Positions 1-7,312 of a DNA stretch of 31,692 nt are shown here, piece after piece; position 1 is the first letter of the stretch, and each line of letters starts with the position of its first letter. The stretch spans positions 1-31,692 of IMG/VR virus record IMGVR_UViG_3300023246_000533. One strand, written 5' to 3'. The position numbers and the translations under genes were made by a program. The notes under the pieces were generated by a model that saw only the letters and a list, made by a program, of their open reading frames with translations, was not told the DNA's origin and made no database searches. Source of the DNA: a virus (taxonomy: Duplodnaviria > Caudoviricetes).

Positions 1-127
1 CATCTCGGGCATATTGTTGTTGTTGTTCGTATGCCTCAGGGTTTCTATCGTACAATTCTTGTTCTTCCCTAATGCTTCTTATTATTTCTGGTGTCATTAT
101 ACATTGTAAATAATTTGGTCTGCTCAT
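1..127 (-). CDS. hypothetical protein, partial (runs off the window edge)
   Basis: Manual translation: ATG at 127 after an A-rich run, MSRPNYLQCIMTPEIIRSIREEQELYDRNPEAYEQQQQYARD..., open to position 1. Confidence 0.6.
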   Translation of the reverse strand, partial: MSRPNYLQCIMTPEIIRSIREEQELYDRNPEAYEQQQQYARD

Positions 128-466
128 TTTTTTTATTTTTTAGTTAATATTTTGCAATTTTCTTATAAGAAATCTTGTATCCCTAAAGTGTTAGCTTTAG
201 TATTTCATTACCTTATTAAGTATAAACTTTAAAAAGTAAGCTGTTGCTATCACAATTCCCATCCCTACCCACTAAGAGGTGCTATGCTAAAGAGTAAAAA
301 CATAACTTTTGGCTCATCTGCGTTATTTACTTTAGGTCGTATGTTGTGGTTAATCACAGAGCATACACTAAACTTTTATTTCCGCACCGTTGAGTTCGCA
401 ACTTTTATACTCAATTTTTGTTTCGACTTCGATATAATCAAGTCCTACTGTTTTGAGTTTAAGAAC

Positions 467-593
467 AGTTATGTGATGTGAGCCTTAGACAGATTCAATG
501 CGCGAGGCGAAGTGAAACTACTCACATCACATAACTTATATTTTTGTTGATATTTACACATAAAAACCTGTCTAAGATTCAAGGCGCAATATA
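467..593 (-). ncRNA. putative structured cis-regulatory/antisense RNA element
   Basis: Perfect 16-bp inverted repeat 467-482/521-536. Loop 9-mer CTTAGACAG (484-492) is complementary to CTGTCTAAG (568-576). Promoter-like TATATTGC at 593-586 on the minus strand. Confidence 0.45.
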
Positions 594-639
594 CAACATT
601 TATTTCAATACAACAAAGAACGTTTGTAAAGTTATTAAC

Positions 640-701
640 AATTTATAACAGTTAATAAAAGCCATTGAAACGGCTTTTATTTTAGTGTTACCTACAAGTG
701 C
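640..701. repeat. attC-like hairpin site downstream of the C5 methyltransferase (could also act as a terminator)
   Basis: TAAC...GTTA cores flank a 10-bp stem AATAAAAGCC/GGCTTTTATT (654-663/672-681). The site starts directly after the MTase stop codon. Confidence 0.55.
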
Positions 702-1370
702 TTAATTCTGTTCATTAAACAAAGTTGGTGCTTCAATCTCTTTTTCTTTTCTTTTTTCTTCCCGCGCTTTTTCAAAAACATACTCACCAATCTTTGGGTT
801 TACCATATTTCTAACTAATTGTCCTCTTTCAAACCTTTTATCTTTACTTCTATTTTCTGGGACATCTTTTATGCAATCAAAAATAGACCAGTCAATCATT
901 CGTTCTTTTAATAAATCTTCTTTTTTAGACCTGCTTATATCAATATTTGTAAACTCTTTTTCTTTAATTTTAAAGTTTGTCCAAAATGGATGCCTTCCTA
1001 AAATAACACTTGGTTCAATTAAATAACCATAATAAGGCACTACATTTTCAACCACATATTTACCTTTAAACCAACTATTCAATAATATAATTTCTTGGTA
1101 TAATTTAAAATCAATGTATTGCTTTTCCTTTTTAGCAAAACACATTCTACTATGTGTCGGACAAGGTGGCGAACTCCAAATAAAATCGTATTCTTTGTAA
1201 TGGTCAAGTAAGTATTGATGTGCGTCTGTAACTATTACTGTATCATTTGGGTATTGCTCTTTGTAAACTTTAGCAATATTATCATTATATTCTATTGCTG
1301 TTATTTCGTGTTCATTTCCCCATAACATTCTATTACCACCGATTCCAGCGTATAAATTTAGTATTCTCAT
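702..1370 (-). CDS. DNA (cytosine-5) methyltransferase, short orphan type
   Basis: Motif I NLYAGIGG, catalytic SPPC, ENV motif. Confidence 0.9.
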   Translation of the reverse strand: MRILNLYAGIGGNRMLWGNEHEITAIEYNDNIAKVYKEQYPNDTVIVTDAHQYLLDHYKEYDFIWSSPPCPTHSRMCFAKKEKQYIDFKLYQEIILLNSWFKGKYVVENVVPYYGYLIEPSVILGRHPFWTNFKIKEKEFTNIDISRSKKEDLLKERMIDWSIFDCIKDVPENRSKDKRFERGQLVRNMVNPKIGEYVFEKAREEKRKEKEIEAPTLFNEQN

Positions 1371-1461
1371 ATATTTTAATTTTTCAAATTAATTTTGCCA
1401 TCGCTCAAAAAAGAAAAGAAAAAGGTTCAGTTCTATTAGTTGAGTTTTAGCGTTTAAATTC

Positions 1462-1534
1462 GCACCAGTAGGTAACACCGTATATAATTCAGTTGTGAAA
1501 AACAACCGAAATCATATACATTTCGTTATAAATT
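1462..1534. repeat. attC-like hairpin site upstream of the C5 methyltransferase
   Basis: GGTAAC-acc-GTATAT...imperfect stem (TTCAGTTGT/ACAACCGAA)...ATATAC-atttc-GTTATA. Its core flanks are complementary to those of the 640-701 site. Confidence 0.55.
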
Positions 1535-1556
1535 ATAAATTTCTATTATTTACTTA

Positions 1557-1781
1557 TTAACAGTTTTCAATATTTTCCAATTTCAAATCCTCACCAAATT
1601 TCGCCTTAGCCACAGCCCTATCTAATTCATATCTTAAAATATTATTAGCCTGTTTTGCCAAGTTCCCCTGAGCCTTTGCTTCATCAACAGTTATGACATT
1701 AGAATTTAATTTATCCATTTGGTCGCATAAATGAATAAATATTGATTTACTACTTGCTTGTTTCTTGCTTATTAGTCCCAT
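1557..1781 (-). CDS. hypothetical phage protein (helical)
   Basis: ORF track; co-oriented and overlapping the upstream gene. Confidence 0.6.
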   Translation of the reverse strand: MGLISKKQASSKSIFIHLCDQMDKLNSNVITVDEAKAQGNLAKQANNILRYELDRAVAKAKFGEDLKLENIENC

Positions 1782-2049
1782 TTGTTTTAAGTTTTAAATT
1801 ATATAATTTTATTAATTCTTCATTAGCCACTATGTCAATATATTTAGTTTTTGCAGATATTTGAGCCAACCTAATCATCACATCAACATATTCTTTACCA
1901 CTAAGTTTATTTAATTCTGACTTCATTTTGCTTAACCCATCTTCAAAAATATATTCACAAAATTTAATCACAAAACCAGTTTTTTTATTTGGCACTCCTT
2001 TAGGTCTGCCATTTGGATTATTCGTGTTTCCTTTTCCTACTCCTTTCAT
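1750..2049 (-). CDS. DUF5681-like / terminase-small-subunit-like protein (paralog 2)
   Basis: N-terminal GKGNTNNPNGRPKG motif; ATGA overlap with paralog 1. Confidence 0.6.
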   Translation of the reverse strand: MKGVGKGNTNNPNGRPKGVPNKKTGFVIKFCEYIFEDGLSKMKSELNKLSGKEYVDVMIRLAQISAKTKYIDIVANEELIKLYNLKLKTNGTNKQETSK

Positions 2050-2309
2050 TTTGTTTTACCTGTTAATGTGGATAAAATATATTCATTTGCTACAATAGTA
2101 TTTTGTTCGTCTGTAACAAATTTTGATAACTTAATAAATACACTTACATATTCTTTGCCCTCAAGCTTATTAAATTCAGTCTTAAATTTTTCGCCTCCTC
2201 CATCAATAATATAACTGCAAAATGTATTAAAATATGCCGATGTTTTATTCTTTTTGCCTTTTCGTTTCCCTTTCGGGTTTCCACTTTGTCCTTTCTCGAA
2301 TTTTGCCAT
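2046..2309 (-). CDS. DUF5681-like / terminase-small-subunit-like protein (paralog 1)
   Basis: FEKGQSGNPKG motif; probable ATG start at 2309 (MAKF) rather than TTG at 2339. Confidence 0.65.
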   Translation of the reverse strand: MAKFEKGQSGNPKGKRKGKKNKTSAYFNTFCSYIIDGGGEKFKTEFNKLEGKEYVSVFIKLSKFVTDEQNTIVANEYILSTLTGKTK

Positions 2310-2313
2310 AGTT

Positions 2314-2625
2314 TTAAAGATTTCGATTAATTTTTTCAATGTCTATAATTAGCCAGTCGGTATTTCTGATTTCGTTGCCGTCAATATCGTATAACATAAG
2401 GTTGTGAATATCGCAGGAAATTGAACCACGTTTGCAATGACATTGACCGGAGTCTCTATCTTGCTCCCATTCTCTTGTGTCGATTATTTCAACATCAAAT
2501 TCAAGATTGTAATGAGTGTTACCTATTGTTAGATCGATTTCAAATCTATCAGATTTTGGCTCTTGCTCGATTAAAGCAAATATCTCATCTGTGATATGTA
2601 CTTTTTTTGTGATTGATTCTACCAT
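2314..2625 (-). CDS. hypothetical acidic protein
   Basis: ORF track; A-rich start context. Confidence 0.55.
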   Translation of the reverse strand: MVESITKKVHITDEIFALIEQEPKSDRFEIDLTIGNTHYNLEFDVEIIDTREWEQDRDSGQCHCKRGSISCDIHNLMLYDIDGNEIRNTDWLIIDIEKINRNL

Positions 2626-2645
2626 TTTTTCAAAGTTTTAAAGGT

Positions 2646-3287
2646 TTATAATAAATGTTTCCATGTTATATTATGCAATATGTCGTATATTGTTCTTCTT
2701 GCTACCCCGAACATATTAGCTATTTCATTGTAATTAATTTCATCAAAATGGCTCCTTATTGAAATAACTTGTTTTTCTGTCAATTTACTTTTATGTAACC
2801 CTGTTCTGTATGCGTGTTGCATATTTTCTGCATGGGTACACCATTCTAAATTTAACAATTCGTTATTTGCTTTGTTCCCATCTATATGATTTATACACGG
2901 CTTATTTTCCGGATTATTAATAAAATGTAATCCCATTAATTTTGACATAATGTATGTTCTTAACTTATTGTCTTTACTTAATGATGTTTGCAAATATCCA
3001 TGATAAGTAATGCGTATTTTTAGCATTTTAGGTTTTCTGCCATTCTTACAACTTTTAATTCTGCAGAAATTTGACACTTTGTAAAGTCCTTCAAATCCCT
3101 TTACCTCTTTCCAAATTTCGCCTTCAATGTTTTCTAATGATAAATTTTTGTAATGCTCCATAAAAAAATGCTCGGACTTAGATTTGTTCAACGGAATGTC
3201 ATAAGAGTCCGTATTACTGCTTTCGTGCATAATAATCTTATCCGAGACTTTTTTAATGTTTTTAATATGACATTTTTGTTTGAACAT
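2646..3287 (-). CDS. NUMOD4-HNH homing endonuclease with C-terminal HTH
   Basis: EIWKEVKGFEGLYKVSN (NUMOD4), INHIDGNKANN..NLEWCT..EN.QH (HNH_3), SKLTEKQV..IR...IANMFGV (HTH). Confidence 0.9.
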   Translation of the reverse strand: MFKQKCHIKNIKKVSDKIIMHESSNTDSYDIPLNKSKSEHFFMEHYKNLSLENIEGEIWKEVKGFEGLYKVSNFCRIKSCKNGRKPKMLKIRITYHGYLQTSLSKDNKLRTYIMSKLMGLHFINNPENKPCINHIDGNKANNELLNLEWCTHAENMQHAYRTGLHKSKLTEKQVISIRSHFDEINYNEIANMFGVARRTIYDILHNITWKHLL

Positions 3288-3289
3288 TA

Positions 3290-3320
3290 CAAAGATAATA
3301 CTTATTTTATTAATACCAAA
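3290..3320 (-). promoter_or_regulatory. Bacteroidota sigma-A type promoter for the HNH gene
   Basis: TTTG (3320-3317), 19 nt, TATCTTTG (3297-3290); ATG 2 nt downstream. Confidence 0.75.
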
Positions 3321-3342
3321 TTATTTTCCATTATTTTTCTGT

Positions 3343-3370
3343 AAAACCCCACAATCCGAAGATTGCAGGG
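3343..3370 (-). terminator. intrinsic terminator with C(UUCG)G tetraloop
   Basis: Minus strand CCCTGCAATC-TTCG-GATTGTGGGG followed by TTTT. Confidence 0.7.
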
Positions 3371-3393
3371 CAAAGCCGTAAGACTTTGTAAAC

Positions 3394-3567
3394 TTACAGG
3401 CTATTTTTTGCTCGCTTACTTTTTAAATATTTAGCTTTGTCTTTAGCTGACCGAATCGCTTTTTGTTTATCAATCTTATCTTGTTTTTCTTTTTTTAATA
3501 ATCTGCCCCTTTTTAGAATAGCGGCTCTTTCGTCATTGTGTTCTTTAATTTTGTTTTTCTTTTTCAT
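3394..3567 (-). CDS. small highly basic protein (57 aa, not in ORF track)
   Basis: Manual translation MKKKNKIKEHNDERAAILKRGRLLKKEKQDKIDKQKAIRSAKDKAKYLKSKRAKNSL; fills the gap and is followed by a terminator. Confidence 0.5.
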   Translation of the reverse strand: MKKKNKIKEHNDERAAILKRGRLLKKEKQDKIDKQKAIRSAKDKAKYLKSKRAKNSL

Positions 3568-3662
3568 AATACAAAGTTTTAATGAATAATTATACCACCA
3601 AATCCCCGCAACGTAAACGAGGCGAGGTTTGGTTTGTCCGCAGAATTTAGCGGAACTGCGGG

Positions 3663-4298
3663 TTAAAAGATAATTTTTTTTTGGGCAATATGGTTATTAA
3701 ATCTTTTTAACGCATCGTCATAATATTTTTTATTAATTTCGCATCCAATTAAATCAAAAATATTATTATGACAAGCTATTGCAATACTTCCACTACCGAG
3801 GTGTGTGTCAATAATTTTATCTCCAATTTTTGCAAATCGTAATAACAGCCATTCGTATAGAAGTACTGGTTTTTGTGTTATATGTATCTTGTTTTTAGTT
3901 TCAATTGTTTTTCTAAAAATTCTTAAACCAACATCAAATGACGTAAAGGCTATTTCACAGTCAGAAAAAGAGCTATTCCCATTCATTTTATCCCATATAA
4001 CCCAGCATTGCTTAGGTGGCAAATATTCTACAAAAAAATTACCTCCCCAAATAATTTGATTTTTAGAAATCCTAAATAGTTCATCAAAGTATTCTTTTTT
4101 TGGTCTGACATCCCATTTTTCTTTAGCTAAAGAGGAATATTTCCCATCTGTAGTTTTCCTATCAGTAACTATATGTTTTTTGTCAGGTGAATAGCAAATA
4201 TTAATTCCATAAGGTGGGTCTACAATAGCTAAGTCGAATTGATTATCTTTGCATGTATTCATGTATTCCATGCAATCTATATGCTTTAGTTCTATCAT
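3663..4298 (-). CDS. DNA amino-methyltransferase (N6-adenine/N4-cytosine, beta class), orphan
   Basis: DPPY catalytic motif, HITQKPV, DTHLGSGS SAM-binding motif in beta order. Confidence 0.92.
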   Translation of the reverse strand: MIELKHIDCMEYMNTCKDNQFDLAIVDPPYGINICYSPDKKHIVTDRKTTDGKYSSLAKEKWDVRPKKEYFDELFRISKNQIIWGGNFFVEYLPPKQCWVIWDKMNGNSSFSDCEIAFTSFDVGLRIFRKTIETKNKIHITQKPVLLYEWLLLRFAKIGDKIIDTHLGSGSIAIACHNNIFDLIGCEINKKYYDDALKRFNNHIAQKKIIF

Positions 4299-4303
4299 TT
4301 TAT

Positions 4304-4567
4304 TTATAAAGATAACTCACTAACATCATTAATAGTATCAATTGGTTGTGAATAGGTATCATCTCCCATGCCATTTTCATTTCCGCAAAGGATTCCCATC
4401 GATTCTTTTACTATTTCGCCACCAAATAAATAAGGTTGTGAAGTTAATAATGTGTTTCCAGTTCTGTTATTTTGTAATAAATAAACTGGCATTTCGTGAT
4501 TAATCTCTCTTTTTACAATGTTTAAGATTAATTTGTTGCTTTGAATAAATTCTTTAATTGTTTTCAT
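4304..4567 (-). CDS. hypothetical protein
   Basis: ORF track; preceded by a promoter. Confidence 0.55.
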   Translation of the reverse strand: MKTIKEFIQSNKLILNIVKREINHEMPVYLLQNNRTGNTLLTSQPYLFGGEIVKESMGILCGNENGMGDDTYSQPIDTINDVSELSL

Positions 4568-4598
4568 TTTGCTAAATTTTTAATTAATAATTATAGTA

Positions 4599-4630
4599 CA
4601 AATATATTAATTGTAATTAATACATACAAG
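4599..4630 (-). promoter_or_regulatory. Bacteroidota-type promoter
   Basis: CTTG (4630-4627), 20 nt, TATATTTG (4606-4599). Confidence 0.6.
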
Positions 4631-4734
4631 TAAAATCGTATATTTTTTACAGTTGAGTGTTAAAGGGTTACGGGTTTTGGGTTCGTAAATGTGTTATATA
4701 ACATAGGATAAAACGCATTTTTTGGAGCGGAAAC

Positions 4735-4760
4735 AAAAAAAGGGAGTATCTCTACTCCCT
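4735..4760 (-). terminator. intrinsic terminator ending the late/lysis operon
   Basis: Minus strand AGGGAGTA-GAGA-TACTCCCT followed by a T-run, just after the endolysin. Confidence 0.8.
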
Positions 4761-4784
4761 CAAACTTAAAACTTATGAAAATCA

Positions 4785-5324
4785 CTACTGTTGAAATATC
4801 TTGAAACCGTTTACATCGGTTTGTAATGCTTTTAATTGTGAATAATTATATCCGAATGTTATCTGAAAGTGAGGCTTATCTTTGCCCATCCTATCATATA
4901 GCCATTCAAATCCATACTTTTTGAATACTCTTGCAATTTCCGGCGTAATGTTAAAATCTGCACTTTTACCATCTTCTGAAATTATACAAATGTCCCCTGC
5001 TAAGAAATAATTGTGATACGACTCTCCGCCTTTGGCATTGGTACGCCATTTCTCATTTGGTTTGGCATATTTTGGATTGACACCCCTTGTTTCTAACATT
5101 TGCTCGGTTCGGGAAAATCCATACAATCTATCTTGGTCATCAAAAGACCTACCTCCACAAGTTAATCTTATGCGTTCTGCGAGCCTTTTTTCACAATCTA
5201 TAACAGCGCAAGCAAAAGCGTATCTAATTAACGGATGTAGCGTTAAAATGCGTTTGTTTGTCCATTTATCCCAAGTTGCCGGAATAACTATGTCTAATGT
5301 TTGTTTGGCTTCCTCTAATGTCAT
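4785..5324 (-). CDS. endolysin, peptidase M15 family (L-Ala-D-Glu peptidase-like)
   Basis: RSFDDQDRLY...TNAKGGESYHNYFLAGD (SxHxxxxAxD) and DKPHFQ motifs. Confidence 0.9.
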   Translation of the reverse strand: MTLEEAKQTLDIVIPATWDKWTNKRILTLHPLIRYAFACAVIDCEKRLAERIRLTCGGRSFDDQDRLYGFSRTEQMLETRGVNPKYAKPNEKWRTNAKGGESYHNYFLAGDICIISEDGKSADFNITPEIARVFKKYGFEWLYDRMGKDKPHFQITFGYNYSQLKALQTDVNGFKIFQQ

Positions 5325-5650
5325 TTAATTTCTTTTTTCAATATTTTATCCTGTGAATTTGTTAGCCAGTTCTTTAAAATGTAAGCCAAAGCTGTTGTTA
5401 ATGCTACAATTCCGATATTTTTCCAATCAAAATGTAGGCTTCCTGCTTCTAAAGTAGCCAAGATTACAGTAATTACACTTGTTATAACTGCCAAAAGTAA
5501 CGCCTTTAAGCCATCTTTCCAATTTAATTCTCCAATTTTACTTTTCATCTTTTTAATTTTAAATTTACAATTTTCAATATTTTCGCATAATAGATCCGTT
5601 TCGGTTACTGTGCAAATATAGTTTTTATCATGTATGCAATTTTCACTCAT
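5321..5650 (-). CDS. putative holin (2 TM); in-frame starts at 5650 (Cys-rich extension) and 5548
   Basis: Two hydrophobic helices and a basic C-terminus; ATGA overlap with the endolysin. Confidence 0.7.
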   Translation of the reverse strand: MSENCIHDKNYICTVTETDLLCENIENCKFKIKKMKSKIGELNWKDGLKALLLAVITSVITVILATLEAGSLHFDWKNIGIVALTTALAYILKNWLTNSQDKILKKEIK

Positions 5651-5756
5651 TTGTTTCATATTCCGTACAACTTTTTTCCTCACGATACGGACAATATTTG
5701 TACTTTAATTTCTTGCATTTACATTTCCCTTTCTTATAATGGATACAGTCTTTCAT
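5643..5756 (-). CDS. small Cys-rich protein (37 aa, not in ORF track)
   Basis: Manual translation MKDCIHYKKGKCKCKKLKYKYCPYREEKSCTEYETNE; starts 1 nt after the upstream stop. Confidence 0.5.
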   Translation of the reverse strand: MKDCIHYKKGKCKCKKLKYKYCPYREEKSCTEYETNE

Positions 5757-5757
5757 T

Positions 5758-5982
5758 TTAAATAATAGGTTCTATTTTGTTTTCTAAAAATATCCATCTT
5801 CTTATTTTTCCACTTGATGAAGAAATTGCATCCACTACTTTGAATTTATCAAATGTTCCAAAATGACATTGAATAACATCTTTTGGCTCATATAAAATTC
5901 CTTCCAATGTTTGAGTATTCCCATTGGGGTCCTGTAAGACCGTTTTTATTACTTTTGGCTTATTTGCTGTTAAATTTGTCAT
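5758..5982 (-). CDS. hypothetical protein
   Basis: ORF track; tight gene packing. Confidence 0.55.
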   Translation of the reverse strand: MTNLTANKPKVIKTVLQDPNGNTQTLEGILYEPKDVIQCHFGTFDKFKVVDAISSSSGKIRRWIFLENKIEPII

Positions 5983-5987
5983 ACTAT

Positions 5988-6236
5988 TTAATTTATACCT
6001 ATTTCTGCATCTTTTAATCCTTCCCTTACAACTTCATCAAAATGCGTTTCTACAACTTGAGTACATCCACACTCGCAAATCCATTTATCAAAATACCTTT
6101 TCGTAAAATACATTCCAAGTTTTTCATCATAGTATTTAATCTTTTTACCTTTGTGTTTTTTGAGTTTCATTTCACGTCCACACTCAACACAATTAGGCTT
6201 ATCCCATTTTATACCTGATTCTGTAAATATTTTCAT
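5988..6236 (-). CDS. zinc-ribbon-like protein
   Basis: CVECG ... CECG motifs. Confidence 0.6.
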   Translation of the reverse strand: MKIFTESGIKWDKPNCVECGREMKLKKHKGKKIKYYDEKLGMYFTKRYFDKWICECGCTQVVETHFDEVVREGLKDAEIGIN

Positions 6237-6487
6237 TTCTTTTCAAATTTCCACCATTTAGTTTTTGCCTTTATCGTATCGTTTATTGTCGAATTTACAT
6301 CCAATAAAACCTCTCCACCTTTACGAGTCTTAATCTTACCATTATATTCGTTTACAATTGATGTTGTTTTATGCTCTCGGATTGTTTTGTTTTGAGGATT
6401 AATTGTTGTAAAATATAAAGTTCCTGCCATGAAGACACACCCTAAAGCAAATATTGATATTGATGTTATTATATCTTTTATTTTCAT
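6233..6487 (-). CDS. membrane-anchored hypothetical protein
   Basis: N-terminal hydrophobic helix; TATCTTTG 4 nt upstream of ATG. Confidence 0.6.
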   Translation of the reverse strand: MKIKDIITSISIFALGCVFMAGTLYFTTINPQNKTIREHKTTSIVNEYNGKIKTRKGGEVLLDVNSTINDTIKAKTKWWKFEKK

Positions 6488-6510
6488 TCTGCAAAGATAA
6501 TCAAATTATT

Positions 6511-6609
6511 TTATTTGCCTGTTTTTCGAGGTTTTGCACAACCTCCACGACCTGCATTTTGTCGAGTGCCTTTGCCCGAGCCATCTCTTTTAGGTGTATT
6601 TTTTGCCAT
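6511..6609 (-). CDS. small basic Gly-rich peptide (32 aa, not in ORF track)
   Basis: MAKNTPKRDGSGKGTRQNAGRGGCAKPRKTGK; TATCTTTG at 6639-6632 upstream; locally GC-richer, coding-like. Confidence 0.55.
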   Translation of the reverse strand: MAKNTPKRDGSGKGTRQNAGRGGCAKPRKTGK

Positions 6610-6641
6610 AACTTTAATTTTTAATTTTTCACAAAGATAAA

Positions 6642-6962
6642 CTAATTATTATCAACTGTCAACTTTCTATCAAATATTTTTTCAAATTCTCTTGTAATGT
6701 CCTTTTTTAACTTGTCATGGCTTTTGCTTAAATCGTCTTTGGTTACCATTGTGGCTTTGATTACTGCAACATCTGTAATAACTAAGTCTAAAGATTCATC
6801 ATTGCTTTTGGTCATGCTTCCAACATTTGTGCATTTTTCATCAATTCGTTTAATTTCTGAATCTTGTTTGACTTCGTTCTTTCCTGAATCAACATACCAA
6901 TAAAAACTACCTGCAATTATTAATACAGTCAAAGATATTGCTATGTTTATGATGTATTTCAT
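6642..6962 (-). CDS. TM + coiled-coil protein (lysis-region accessory)
   Basis: N-terminal TM followed by a heptad-like helical region. Confidence 0.55.
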   Translation of the reverse strand: MKYIINIAISLTVLIIAGSFYWYVDSGKNEVKQDSEIKRIDEKCTNVGSMTKSNDESLDLVITDVAVIKATMVTKDDLSKSHDKLKKDITREFEKIFDRKLTVDNN

Positions 6963-7312
6963 TTAATTTTTTCTATAAACAGTAAATAACTTGATAAAAC
7001 TAAAAATAATAATTTAAAACCGTATTGAGTGAATCCGAAAATCTGATCTAACCATCCACCACCTACATAAAACACTCCTTTGCCTAACATTAAATTAAGT
7101 GATATATCGTAAACTATCCACCGAACAGAACAAAATATAAATAAATATATCAATGCTTTTTTAAAACTTATTCTTTTAAAATAGAATACAGCCAAAAGGT
7201 CAATTCCTAAAGCTATAACTTGTGCTGTGTGAAAATCAATATCGGTTATAAAACAGAAATTGAAATATGCGTGTGCAATTGAATGTAATAATATGTATAG
7301 AATCCAAATCAT
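6959..7312 (-). CDS. multi-pass membrane protein
   Basis: About 4 hydrophobic segments; ATGA overlaps. Confidence 0.6.
   Translation of the reverse strand: MIWILYILLHSIAHAYFNFCFITDIDFHTAQVIALGIDLLAVFYFKRISFKKALIYLFIFCSVRWIVYDISLNLMLGKGVFYVGGGWLDQIFGFTQYGFKLLFLVLSSYLLFIEKIK

Noticed and set aside
702-4298. Restriction-modification system from the two methyltransferases
   Set aside because: No cognate restriction enzyme was recognised. Orphan MTases are common anti-restriction genes in phages, and the nearby HNH is of the homing type.
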